A stretch of DNA of 64,000 bases, taken from the NCBI GenBank assembly GCA_030770535.1, contig JASVEC010000001.1, positions 1,426,001-1,490,000 on the forward strand, given 5' to 3'. Shown piece after piece: positions 1-12,880 of the stretch. The DNA comes from Batkoa obscura (lineage: Eukaryota). Below the pieces are notes generated by a model, which searched no databases, was not told where the DNA came from, and saw nothing but the letters and a program-made list of their open reading frames with translations. The position numbers were made by a program, and so were the translations under genes. How positions within the stretch are numbered: the first letter of the stretch is position 1; every line of letters begins with the position of its first letter.

Positions 1-551
1 TATACACCTAATTTAATAATGGATAGTATTATTAAATTATTAGATTTTAAAAAATTACCTTTATTTTTTATGAGAACAGTAAGTTAAATTTATTTTACTT
101 TATTATATTAATTAAATAAGAAGATTAATAATTAAATTTATTTAGGTATTAGAATTATTAAAATTATATCCTGAAAATAAACAAATATTAAATTGGACAC
201 CAAGTTTATTAATGAAATTAGTACAAAAGAAGGTCTATTTAATGCCTACATTATTTGAAGGTTTTATTATGGTTTGTAATGTAAGTTATAAACAATAGAA
301 TAATAATATTAAAACTAATTAATTTATTCTATTTTACTTTGACTTATATTGTTTTTTACTTCTAGATAATAGGTAATAGTTCCCATCCAATATTATTACA
401 ATTACCCCGAGAGCCTTTAGAAAAAGTATTAAAACAATCCAATACTTTAAAACAAGCATTAACATTAAGAGTACAACAACATTTAAAATCCAATCCAGAT
501 ACAAAACAAAGATTAAAGGATTTATTACCTTTATTTGAAATTGATCAATAA
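1..551 (+). CDS. Symplekin/Pta1-like 3'-end processing scaffold, 3' partial, spliced (2 introns visible)
   Basis: Manual translation across GTAAGT..TAG introns gives ..KLPLFFMRT / ..LLMKLVQKKVYLMPTLFEGFIMVCN / ..SHPILLQLPREPLEKVL..*, resembling the symplekin C-terminal domain; stop TAA 549-551. Confidence 0.7.
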
Positions 552-566
552 AATTAAATTATTGTT

Positions 567-597
<31 letters not shown>

Positions 598-659
598 TGA
601 GAGATAGAATGATGAAGATATTGATAATAATGATATTATGAGTTATTGATTTCTTTAAT

Positions 660-2657
660 TTATTTTTCATGTCCCATAAAACAATTTAATAAAAAATCAA
701 AATTATTATTATTCGAATTATTTAAACTATTATTGTTATTTAAACTCATTAATGCTTTCCATATATGAATTGGGGTTAATAGACGAGGTTGATTTTTAAT
801 TAAATTATTATTAATTAAATTATTATTATTATCATTATTTAAATTTAACCTCATTACTTGATTTAGATCAATAATTGAATTATTTTTAGTATCTGTTTGT
901 TGATCACATACATTAAGAGTATGGTTTAATAATTTAACTAAAAATAAACGAGTAGCCTAAAATAAAAATAAAAATAAAAATAAAATAATATTAATTAATA
1001 AAAGATATCTTGATAAATAAAATAATAAAATAATAAACTTACTATAGCTAACATTGAGGGTACAATTTTTGGGTTTAAGTTGAATTTATTAAATGTAGAT
1101 AATTTTAATAATTTAACTTGTTCAATTATAAATTTCATTTCATTATCACCAACAAATGAAGGTACTTGCAATTTCTCTTCTCTATTTTTCTCTTTCCATA
1201 ATTGAATAACTCTTTGATTTCCCGAATTAATTTCCATTTCCGATGGTTCATCATCAATAATAATTAAATCTTCCTCATCTTCATCTTCATTTTCAATTTC
1301 ATTATTTTTTACTTGAAATAAGTGATCCCAACCTTTAGGTAATTGATTTAATAAACAATTACAATTTGATAATGAATTCACTTGTAATTCATTTACTTTT
1401 AAACATAATAAACAAAAATAATTTAAATTGACTTTCCCATAAATACCACAACATTTACAATATCCCTGATTAGCTAATCGATCTTTAATTGGTATTAAAC
1501 TTATACTTCCCTTATTTTCTAATTTAAGATCATATATTTTACACCAATTAATTAATTGTTTAATTGTTAATTGTTGAATTAATATATTATTTTCTTCATT
1601 TTCTAATATTATATTTTCTTTTTTTAAATTTTCATATAAATAATAACATCTTAAATATTCACTACTTTTTCTTCTACCTTCTGTCCACTCATGGTAATAA
1701 ACATTGGAATTAGGAGCTATTGTATATGGTAATTCCATATCTTGTTTTTTACATATAATTGGATGATCTTTTAATAAATGTAATAACATTTGATGAATTG
1801 TTTTATTTATGCCAAAATCTAATAAATTATAAAAATAATTAGTATATAAAATACAGTTAAATATAATATTTAAATATTAATATATATATATATATAAACT
1901 TACCAGCTGGAATCCATTGTATTTCATTTTGTTGATTAATGGAATGAGTTTTATTTTTTCCAATTTCCAATTTAGATAAAAATTTAGTATTTCTATCTAA
2001 TTCAATATCTAACATTCTTTCATCACCTAACTGTTGAACTCCAGTTAATTGATGATCTAACTAAAATAAAAATTAATTATTAATTATTAATAAGTAAATA
2101 AATAAGTTTTAATATTTTTATTAAATAATTAAACTTACTTTTAATTGATGAATAAAATCCATAGGTTTATTTTTAGTATCATGAAAATGTAATTGAATTC
2201 TAATAGGAAATTCTCCCCAACCATAATTAGTCAAATGAAATGGCGGATTCAATACTTCGATTATATCATTGGGTTTATAACTTGGATGTAAATAAAATCG
2301 TACTTTAGATATAAATCCAGATAAATCAGGATCCTAAATTAAATCATTATTATTATTGTTATTATTATTAAATAAAACTTACATAAGATGGACCAGAGAT
2401 ATAAATCATCCATTTAAAATAACTACTTTCTTCTTTTCGATTTTCTATTTTATAAATTAATATATTTAATATTTAATATATTATTATTATATGTAATTAT
2501 ATTATTAAAATTAACTTATTTTACCTGGTGGTAAATATTTAGATACATTTCCCACAATAATTCTTTTTTTGATATAAAATCTAGATGTATAATCTAATCC
2601 TAATTGAGCTGATAATGATGTATCTTGTCCATCTTTACAATTATTTGTTACTAAAAA

Positions 2658-2706
<49 letters not shown>

Positions 2707-4417
2707 TCTTTCTTTTTCCAAATTTTGTTGATCTATTAATCGATTTTGTAAACTAGTATCTGTCCATGGAGTAGATTGAATTTCTATTAATTAATCAAAA
2801 CATTACTATATTTTATTACTTAATAAAAAATTGATTGAACTTACTTAATAATTCCACCCTATTACTTTTAATTTCTTCTTTTTTAATGTTGTTAACTTGT
2901 TTTATTGTTTCTACTTTTTCTTCCAAATTTTGGATTTCATCCTCTTTTATTATTTTTTCTACTTTAACTTCTTTTTCTACTTTTTTCTCCTTTAAATAAT
3001 ATTGATCTTCTTGATTTTCCTTACTAATTTCACTCACCTCGAATTCCTTCTCTTCTTTTTTATAACTTCTCTCTTCTTTTTCATAATTCCTTTCTTCTTT
3101 TTCATAATTCCCCTCTTCTTTCTCTTTTCCTTCTTCTTTCTCTACCTTTAAATTAGAATTCAATGGTTGTCTAGCCAACTTTTTACCACTTGGTTTTAAT
3201 TGAATATCTTCATTTTTATTCGTTGATCTCTCTTTCAACGATGAAGCTAACGAATTAGTATTAGAGTGATCACTTAAATTATCCTCTAAATTCACATCTT
3301 CTTCATAAACTTTAATTTTAGGCTATAAAAAAAATAGTAAAAAAAATAATTAATATATTATTAAATAAAAATAATTTAACTATTAGTCTACTATTCTATA
3401 ATAATATTAATATCAATTAATTTCCTTACCTTATCATCTAATAATTCTTTATTTAATCGTTGAAATTGTTTATATAATGTACTACCACACCCAAATGCAA
3501 TTTTTGATTTTAATGGATTAACTACTGGTTTAATATGTGTCCTTCGACATTTATGATCTAATGGTACTTCGCTTTCTGGTACTTCAATACCACATGCAAT
3601 AGCTGCTTCTTGATGTGTTGGAAAATCAATATTATGTGAGATTCTACAATGATTAATAAACCCTTGATTGCTACCAAAATTAGAACGACCGCATTCTGTA
3701 CAAATTAATCTATTAAACAAAATAAAAAAAGATTAATAAAATTATTCATTAAATGATTCAATTTTACATATAAAATAAAACAATTTAAATTAGATTTGAA
3801 TTTAAAGTGAAATTCTATTAACTTACTTAACAAAAGTACCATCTTCTTTTTTAACATATAAAAAATTTGTTTTCATTTTATTTTTAAATGAATTCGATTC
3901 TATAAACCCTTTTTGTCTCTTATTACTATTTTGTAATTGAGTATTTAATTCTTTTAAATCAGTACTATCCTTATTATCACCTAAAGAAGCTTCAGCTATA
4001 TAAATAAAAAATCATTAACCAATAAGTTACTTAGTTATTATTTTATAATACAGATAACTAGTTGATATAAAATAATTAAAATAAAGTAAGTATTCGTCAA
4101 TACTTACCTTTTAACCAATTTCCCAATAAATTTTCCACTTGTTTAGCTAAATCTAATTCATTTTCGATAACTGCTAACTCTTTTTTTTTCATATATAATT
4201 CTAAATCTAATTGATGTTCTAATATAGAATAGACTTGTTTTTCTTTTTGTTTTATTAATTCTGGATTTAAGTTATACCGTTTTTTTTTCTTTCTACTTGA
4301 AGTAATGGGTAAATTTTGATTTATCTCAACTGCTTCTATGTTGTTTGTTGTTTGTTCTATAGGGAATGGATTTATTTCGTTTACATTATTAATGTTATTG
4401 TTGTTCATTTGATCCAT
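660..4417 (-). CDS. Multi-exon YEATS2-like chromatin reader: AHC1-like C2H2 finger, YEATS domain and C-terminal histone-fold-like region
   Basis: ORF pieces 4097-4417, 3391-3720 ([18 protein letters not shown]), 2816-3295, 995-1789, 660-854; short exons at ~1900-2600 encode [56 protein letters not shown] (YEATS motifs); C-terminal [17 protein letters not shown]. Confidence 0.85.
2662..2704. repeat. (TAT)n microsatellite in an intron of the YEATS gene
   Basis: Direct read of the tattattatt.. run. Confidence 0.9.
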
Positions 4418-4770
4418 TTTTCTTATCTATTAAAATACTTGTATTTTGATTATTCACAAACTTCTTTAGTTTATAATACTTGTAAAACTTATTCTCTTTT
4501 TCTAGCACTTTATATAAATCTTTAGCAATTTCTTATTCAATTCCTTTCTTTCTCTTCACTCTTTTTACTCTAAAATTTTTTTTTCCAATAAACTCAAAAA
4601 AATTCTCAAAATTATATTTACTTCATTATATAACAAATAAAGTAAGTTGAAATTAAATCCATTTTGATTGGTTACTTGAAGCTAAAAAAAGTTCAAAAAC
4701 TAAGCCCAGTTTAAAAATAAATTTCAACTTTTTTAACTCATTTTAATACTTTAACTCACAAAATAGAAGA

Positions 4771-5525
4771 ATGAGCTCACCACAAAAAACAGTTGAACCA
4801 GAAGCAAAAGAACTCAACTCATCAAAGCTAACTAATTATGAAGAAGCTGAAGTCAAAGATACTGTCAATGAAGATTTAACTTCCACTATGGATTCTTCCG
4901 CTTATACTTTATTAGAAGACGATACTTTATTACCTTGGAAAACATGTTGGGATAATAATTATCAATGTTATTATTATTGGAATACAGAAACAAATGAAAC
5001 TAGTTATGAATTACCAATAGTGAATAGAAATACAATAGATCCTACAGCTGCAGTAGCTGCTATTGCTGAAGAAACAGATTTAGGTAAGTTATATATAGTA
5101 AATTTAATAATCAATTTCCATCTTTCAAATAATAATTAAACTAATTTTTTTGACTTATAGCTACTCAATCAGCGATTAACTCTATTGAATATAACTATTA
5201 TCTTTCACAAGAAAACCCAAATCATCCATCTTTATCTACTTCTTCACAATATGTTGCTACCGCTCATTTTAATTCCAAATCAGGTAAATTTCAACCAGAT
5301 CCAAGTTTACAACCAGAAAATTTTTCATATGAAAATAAATCTTTAAGACAATGTTCTGCTTTCTTTGATTATAATGGGTTTATGCAACAAAGAGGAGCTG
5401 AATTGCAAGGTCAAATGTTGGGTGGGAAGAAAACAAAGATGACAAAGAAAATTGTGGATAAGTTGAAGGAAAGGAGGAAGGAAAAAAAATTGGCAGCTAA
5501 GAAAAAATGGTTGTTGGAGGATTAA
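4771..5525 (+). CDS. WW-domain protein, 2 exons (intron ~5083-5160)
   Basis: PWKTCWDNNYQCYYYWNTETNETSYELP WW motif; GTAAGT donor and TTATAG acceptor; exon 2 ends ..KERRKEKKLAAKKKWLLED* at 5523-5525. Confidence 0.8.
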
Positions 5526-6032
5526 ACAGAAATGATGGATGGGAGCAAGGGGAACATAGTAGTAAATGGAGATAACAGATTTTTTTGAAAGTAAAGATTC
5601 ATATTTTTTTGATTGTAAGTTATACGTTAAATTATAGCTTTTTTTGTTACTTTCTTTTAGATACTTGTTTTTGATAGTGTTAAAAGATTCGTGTTTTTTC
5701 ACAGTTAAGATTTTATTATTCTATTTATTTAGTAGCTGATATTAAGAAAATAAAAGATTAGTTAATAGTAACCAATTTTAATTTTATGATATTTAAAATA
5801 AAACAAAACAATTAATATAATCCCACTTGAATTCCTTTTGGTAAAAAAACTAATTGGTAGAATTCAACATTTATAAATATTAATAAATAAAAAGAATTTT
5901 TTAAATAGAAATAAACTAAAGAACTTATTCAACATAACATGAACTCATAAATAATAAAATAATAATAGTTATTTATGTAAATAAAACAATTTCAATTTAT
6001 TCCAATTTTAATAAAAAATCCTTTCAATTCAA

Positions 6033-7984
6033 TTATTCGTTTCTAGGTTCCTTATCAAAAGAAAACTTCTTTCCATCAGCTCTACCAGTAAAATTAACTA
6101 AAGCAGCAGCCAATACCCATCTTACACCACTCATAGTATGATTAACTAATTTACCTAAGAAAGAACTAGTAGGTTCATTAGAATACAAATAACTTGTAAA
6201 ATTTAATGGTAACGCTTGTTCTAATTGAGCTGGTGGATAACGTAAAGTTAATAAAGGTTCTAAACTACGATATTTGGTAGATTGATACATAGCTCTTTTA
6301 TGTGAAAACTCTTTAAAACTATGAATACCATGGTAACTGCCCATACCACTCTCCCCAATTCCACCAAAAGGTAAGCTAGGAACTAATTAAATAAAAATAA
6401 GCTAATTAAAATGTATAGTGATAAAGTATAACAATTATTTACCTAAGAAATGAGCTAAAATGTCATTAATTGAAACACCACCTGAAGAAATATTATTTAA
6501 TATATTATCAATATATTTTTGATCATCTGAAAAGATATATAATGCTAATGGTTTATCTCTAAAATTAAATAAATATAAAAATTATTGTATAACAATGATA
6601 GTTATTTTATAAATACTTACTTTGTTTTTAAATAATCAATACAACTTTGTACATTAGGCATTTCAATAATAGGTAAAATTGGGCCAAAAATTTCTTCATT
6701 CATTAAAGGAGCTTCATTAATATCTAAATCTACAACTACAGTAGGTTCAAAGTATCTTTCTTCGGCATCATAATTACCACCATAAACAATTTTACCATGA
6801 GATTTAGGAGAATTTTGATTGGGTAATAATTTAGCAATTCTTTCCACATGTCTTGATAATACAATCTTTGGATAGTCGGGGTTATTTTTAGTTTCAATAC
6901 CGTAGAAATTGACGATTTCTTCTTGAATTAATCTGACAAATTTTTCTTTAATACTTGGATGAATGAAACAATAATCCACTGTGATACAAATTTGACCTGC
7001 ATTCATTAATTTACCCCATACAATACGACGTGCAGCAATACGTAAATCAGCTGTTTTTTCATCAATAAATACAGGTGATTTACCACCTAATTCTAATGCT
7101 ACTGGTGTTAAATGCTTAGAAGCTGCTTCCATAACAATACGTGCAACAGTACTAATAATAAATAAATAAATAAAATTATAATACTATCTATTTTCATTAC
7201 CTATTTCCAGTATATAAAATAAAATCCCATTTGAACTTCAAAATAGTAGTAGTAATTTCTTTAGCACCTGATAATACAGCATAACAATCACTATCTAAAG
7301 CTTCTTCTAATATTAATTTAATAATAGCAGCTGAATTGGGTGCTAATTCAGATGGTTTAATAACACACGTATTACCAGCTGCAATTGCACCAATTAATGG
7401 GGCTAAAGTTAATACAATGGGGAAATTCCATGGTGCTATATTTAACCATAAACCATAGGGTTCATATAAAATTTTAGCGGTATCAAAAGCATTTCCTAAA
7501 AGAAAGAGAAAAAGAAAAAGAAAGAATTATTATCTAACCTTATTTACACTTAATATTTAACTTACCAATTGGAGTTTTAACTACTTCAGGTTCAGCCCAT
7601 TCATCTAAATTTTCCAAATAATCGGTAATTTCTTGAATCACACTAGCTACTTCTAAGGCAGCTTCATTACGTGCTTTAAAATCTCGAACTAATGCTTCAA
7701 TAATCATACTATATCTTTCTTTAACTACGGATAATAATGCAAGTAATTGTTGTTTACGATAACTTATTGGTCGAGTTTTACCATTACGCCAGTTGGTAAG
7801 TAATTTGGTGTGAACCTAAAGAATAATGAAGAAGTTAGTTTGTGTGGAAAAGGACAAAAGGGAAAGTTGCCTTTTCTACTTGACCATCAGTATCTTCAGT
7901 ATAAGTTGGTAATTCAGCTTCACTCATATCTAAGACATGACGTACCACCCCATTAGGGTATTTTTGAGTTTTTGTAGCTCCCAT
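6033..7984 (-). CDS. Aldehyde dehydrogenase, ALDH3/fatty-aldehyde (HFD1-like) family, multi-exon
   Basis: [19 protein letters not shown] (catalytic Glu), NAGQIC (catalytic Cys), EEIFGP, GMGSYHG motifs across exons; likely start MGATKTQ at 7984. Confidence 0.9.
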
Positions 7985-9878
7985 ATTTTTAATTTGGTAT
8001 TTTTCAATTGTTGTTTTTTGAGAAATAAATCTTTGAATTGGGATTATGTTTGAGTATTTATACTTAATCATTACTTGTTCCAAATTCTTTTTCAAAACTC
8101 GTTTCATTATCAAGTATGTGTAGAATCAATTTATTGTTATTCAAATTTGTTTTTACTTTTAAGCTCATTTTTATTCTTTTACTTCTTTAAAAAAAAACAA
8201 TGATTACAGAACTTTATGTTTTATTACTTTAAAATAAAATGATTAAGGTAGTATAGCATTAGGACGATATAAAGTTGAAGAGTGGATGAAGCTTACTTAG
8301 TTTTTTATTCTCTTTAAATTATTGTGTTTTCCGCCTTTAAAACATGATTAAGTTTTTTTGGTGGTATTAGAATTGAGCTTACTATAAAATGTTAGTTTAA
8401 TTACCTTTTATAGTGAATCCTTGTCAGGGAGTTTGATTTCTTCTTTTATTCATTTTTCCGAGGTTAAATTGGAATACCGTATTTTTGGACTGTAGCTCCC
8501 CATTTAGGATAAATTTTTCAATCAAAAAAATTAGAGTCGTTTTTATTGAAAGCCACAATGGCAATGTACTCAGTTCCAATTTGCCAATAAACATATTGCA
8601 GTTAGATGACATTTGTTATTTTTAATTTAGGACAAGAATTCTTAACATGAAATCAACTTAGTAAGTTTTATTATATCATAGATTACATCAAAAAATTTTA
8701 GCTACAAATTAAAACAACAAAAAACATTTAGCTATAATCTGCTTCAAGATCAGATAAATAATTGATTTAATTGAACTAAATTTTTTGATTAGCATTTTGT
8801 GAAGCATGGACCAAAAAGTTCCCATAGCTATATAAAGAAAGGGCAGTAAATCCTTAAGCTATGGTAATCTTAATAAATTTAATTAAAGTAACAATGGTTG
8901 AAGTTATAAATTGCAGACCCCCATTTATTAAAATACCAATATCAAACTAAGTACTTAACTCCACTTTAATGTGTCTTTTGGTTTAAAATTTTAATTATTT
9001 AGCTCTCTTGTTTGTTCTTTTATCTTCATTTACTGTAGTTAATTTAGTGTTAAAATAATTTAAAAATTAGCAATTCCTTGATTAAAAACTGGATTAATCT
9101 TCGGATAGGCAATCGGCTTTTTAATTTTGTTATTTTGGGTCGATTTTTACTGCTTTTAGTTGATTTGGTGATATAGTCGATATTATAATTAAATTAAATG
9201 TAAAAGGTGGGAAATGATGATAACTAGAGGTTTTAAGCGGAAAAATAAAGAAAAAATAAGGAAATAAAATGGGAAAGTTTCATAGTGTGGTTTGATGGGA
9301 GTTTTGAATCTAGTTTGTGATTTTATGCTCAATTGTGTTTTTTTATGAATAAAAATGGTTTGAGATTTTATGAGCATTTTTGAAAAAAATAGTCGGGTAA
9401 ATTAAAGGAGATTTAAAGATCTAGATGGAAGATTGGCTTACTTCACATTCACCAGAATTAAATTAGCCATAATTTCAATAATAGCAACTGTTTATTTCAT
9501 GTTAAATGTTGAGTTAGTTTATAATACATCAATCTGTTAACTATCAATGTCAATATTATATCTCAATATTTAGTTAATATTTTATCTTTGATTATTATAA
9601 TCTTTTTTTAAACTTTATTAAACTTTATTTAGTGAAAATTGGAATTATCAAGTTAATATAAAAATTAGAAAAAATTATTGAATAAACTAATTATTATAAT
9701 CAATTTAAAATCACATACCAAAACTATCAAGTATTTGAAATTTCAATTACTAATTTGTATATTTAATTGTTAATTTACTTTTAAAAAATACTAATAAATA
9801 TATATTAAAATTATAGATAAAAATAATAAATAAAAAAGTAAAAATTTATTTGAATAATATATTTGAATAATAAACTAC

Positions 9879-11150
9879 TTAAGCATAAGCAGTGACTTTT
9901 TCTTCTTCAGTATCATAATGATGTAAATCTTTAAGTTTATATTGTTTAACTAACTCAATATAATCTTTAAATAAGAAATGAGTATCCATAGGTCCTCCTT
10001 TAGCTTCTGGATGAAATTGAACTGAAGAAATAGGTTTAAATTGATGTTTAATACCTTCATTTGAATGATCGTTAGCATTAGTAAAATATTTTAACCAATT
10101 ATTAGGTAAAACTGTATCATTTAAAGCATAGCCATGATTTTGACTAGTAATAAAACAACGATTACTTAATAAATTAATTGCTGGTTGATTATGTCCTCGA
10201 TTTCCAAATTTCATCTTGTAAACATCTAATCCAATACTCTTTCCTAACACTTGATTTCCCATACAAATACCAAAGATAGGTTTATTAAAGTTCTCAACTA
10301 AATATGTCATATTTGAAATTAATTCTTGACAATAATTGGGATTCCCAGGTCCATTACTTAAAAATAAGCCATCAAAGTCATGAATACTTTTACCTTCAAT
10401 TTTGTTATTTATAAGATCATAATTCCAAGGTAATACAGTTAATTTAATATCTTCACTTTGACCTAATAATGATCTTAAGATATTATTTTTAATACCACAA
10501 TCAATAACTGCAATATTAACTTTTCCTTTTCCAACTGTATATACTTTTTTAGTAGATACTTCATCGACTAAATTTCTTAAATTAGGATCTTTATATTCGC
10601 TTTCTTTCTCTTTATCAAACTGCATGGAAGCTAATGTAGACCCTTGATCTCTGAGTAATTTAACAACCATTCTAGTATCTACATTAGAAATAGCAGGTAC
10701 ATTATTACGTTTACACCAAGCACCTAAAGATTCAATGGCATTCCAATGAGAATATTGAGTAGCATAATCATTCACAATTATACCTTCTACTTGTATCTTT
10801 TCTGATTCATAATATTTTAATAAATTAAATTCATCTCGGGTGATGTTAGGGGCTCCATAATTACCAATTAAAGGTTGAGTGAAGACTAATATTTGACCAC
10901 GGAAAGAAGGATCCGTCATAGATTCTGGATAACCTACAGTAGAAGTAGTAAAGACTGCTTCACCACTACATTCTTTTTCAGCACCAAAGGATAAACCCTT
11001 GAATAATTGACCAGATTTTAATTTTAAATATTGAACTTGAGTAGAGTCAATTACTTCTGGTGAAGAGTAATAACCTTTTTTAACAGTAGCAAAAGATCTA
11101 AATAATGAACGATTGGATTTTAAGTGAGCTAAAACGAATTTGGTTAACAT
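9879..11150 (-). CDS. CPA1: Arginine-specific carbamoyl-phosphate synthase small (glutaminase) subunit, probable mitochondrial presequence
   Basis: GEAVFTTSTVGYPESMTDPSFRGQIL, SNGPGNP, FGICMG (catalytic Cys), TSQNHGY, QFHPEA; first ATG in the ORF is MLTKFVLAHLK at 11150 (the ORF track starts at a TTG). Confidence 0.97.
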   Translation of the reverse strand: MLTKFVLAHLKSNRSLFRSFATVKKGYYSSPEVIDSTQVQYLKLKSGQLFKGLSFGAEKECSGEAVFTTSTVGYPESMTDPSFRGQILVFTQPLIGNYGAPNITRDEFNLLKYYESEKIQVEGIIVNDYATQYSHWNAIESLGAWCKRNNVPAISNVDTRMVVKLLRDQGSTLASMQFDKEKESEYKDPNLRNLVDEVSTKKVYTVGKGKVNIAVIDCGIKNNILRSLLGQSEDIKLTVLPWNYDLINNKIEGKSIHDFDGLFLSNGPGNPNYCQELISNMTYLVENFNKPIFGICMGNQVLGKSIGLDVYKMKFGNRGHNQPAINLLSNRCFITSQNHGYALNDTVLPNNWLKYFTNANDHSNEGIKHQFKPISSVQFHPEAKGGPMDTHFLFKDYIELVKQYKLKDLHHYDTEEEKVTAYA

Positions 11151-11235
11151 TATTATTGTAGGTCTGTGGTAAAGATTTCCAAACTTGATCTGAGATATAA
11201 TCACTTGAGTTCTTTTCAAAGGAGTGGCAATACAT
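11098..11235 (-). CDS. Arginine attenuator peptide (AAP) uORF, 45 aa, overlapping the CPA1 start out of frame
   Basis: Manual translation MYCHSFEKNSSDYISDQVWKSLPQTYNNNVNQIRFSSLKIQSFII*; DYISDxxWK core matches the yeast CPA1 / Neurospora arg-2 AAP, with Asp12, Tyr13 and Trp19. Confidence 0.92.
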   Translation of the reverse strand: MYCHSFEKNSSDYISDQVWKSLPQTYNNNVNQIRFSSLKIQSFII

Positions 11236-11564
11236 GAACTATTTAGTTCAATTAGATTGTTTTTTTTAAAACTATTATAATAGTAATCTTGAGGGTTTAT
11301 ATACTTTTGTTTTCATTACTCATCTTTTTTATAACTTTATTCCTTTTCTCTTATGAATAAAAATTCATGCTGTCTTTAGTACTTTAAGGTTTGGGCAGGA
11401 ATTTATCGTGGTAAGAGTAATAAACATCATTTATGCAGGCTTAAAATTAACTAATGTTTGACCAAGCTATATAAAAGAATTCTTAATCTTAACCAGAATG
11501 ATTGCCCAAGAGATTAAAATCAAGGGTTAATTTAATTTTAATTTCATACTTGATATGATTTTAG

Positions 11565-11573
11565 ATGACTCAT
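11565..11573. promoter_or_regulatory. Perfect Gcn4/CPC-1 site ATGACTCAT upstream of CPA1
   Basis: Exact consensus ~330 bp upstream of the uORF; a variant ATTACTCAT at ~11315. Confidence 0.6.
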
Positions 11574-12116
11574 ATTGAATATTGAAATAAAATAAGGTTA
11601 ATTATATTTATAAATGAAACTTATCGTCATATTGTATTAGAATTAATATAAATGATTATTAAGGGTTTGTATTTATGTCTAATAGTATTATTATTTATTA
11701 TTCGGTGTTTTAGTCTTATTGTAATACTAAAAATGTTTATTTTTCATTGTATTATTTCTTTAATTACTTTGAATATATCATATTGCCAAACTTCTATTCT
11801 ATATTTTTAAGTGGTAAAAAAGCTAATTAAATTTTCTTATTAAAGGTGGAAAGTCACTTTTATAGCAATAATTGAAATAGGTTGAAACTTAGATACTTTC
11901 TATTCATTATTCGTAATGGATCGAGATCTTGATATTTAAGAAAACATACTGCTTTATAGAGCATAATTTTACAATACAAATATAATATTGAAAATAGTAT
12001 CCACATTTAAATAACAGTCAACGCTTTAGAATATCAACTAATCTTATCAACATTGCTATATTTTTTAAAACATTACATAATATTGCTTTTTACCACGGAA
12101 TTCTAATATTTTATAT

Positions 12117-12213
12117 GGGAATGTATTTTTTTGTTTAAGAATTTCACTAACAGTTTTCCACTCAAATAGCGCTTAAAAAATGGAAAAAGTAATCAAGCCA
12201 AAAAAAACACCAC
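12117..12213 (+). mobile_element. ~100 bp MITE family, copy 1
   Basis: GGGAATGTATTTTTTTGTTTAAGAATTTCACTAAC..AATAGCGCTTAAAAAATGGAAAAAG..AAAAAAACACCAC. Confidence 0.8.
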
Positions 12214-12880
12214 TATATGCAAAATAGCTTTGTTTTTTTAACTTTATTTATATTAATAAATGTTTTTTTATTATTTAATTTTAATTTTTGCTTTTTATAA
12301 CATGACTTTTTACAGCTGCTTACAAGCTTAAAATACGTTATAAAATTTGAAAAAAAGATTTTGAATATTTTATATTATACTTTTTTTAATCTAAAATAAA
12401 CAAATAGCTAGAAGTTTTCTATTACTATTTTAACTCTATTTTAACTCTATTTTAACATGACTTGCGGTGATTTTTATAAAAAAAATATTTATATATCCAA
12501 TTTTTTTAAAGCATAATCTTTTATTTTATAGAATTTTAGTATAAAGTTTATTCTTAAATATGCAGTTAACTAAAACGCAAACAAACAATTAATGGGTTCT
12601 AAAAATTACCGCAAATTAGATTGCAATAGGGTTACAGCAGCTGTAAAAAAGTTGAATTTTTTTATAAACAGTAAAGCTACATTAAGTGCTCAATTTTTAT
12701 TTTTGTCATTCTACTTTTTAAAATAATTAATTAAAACTCGATAAAAACAATAGAATAAAGTTTATAAAGCAAAATATAAAAAAAATAAATTTATTTAAAA
12801 TTAAATATTCTTGAATTAATTCCATTATACTCATCCTTCCTCATATAAGTCTATATACTGACAAATAATATCAATTTAAA

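Noticed and set aside
5343..9377. Short ORFs 5343-5702, 8424-8612, 9189-9377 and similar (15732, 18606, 30338, 34199, 41747, 53514)
   Set aside because: Antisense to real genes, overlapping a MITE, or low-complexity AT-rich chance ORFs, often with non-ATG starts
11151..11219. N-terminal extension of CPA1 from the TTG start in the ORF track
   Set aside because: Non-ATG start; this stretch is explained by the AAP uORF in another frame
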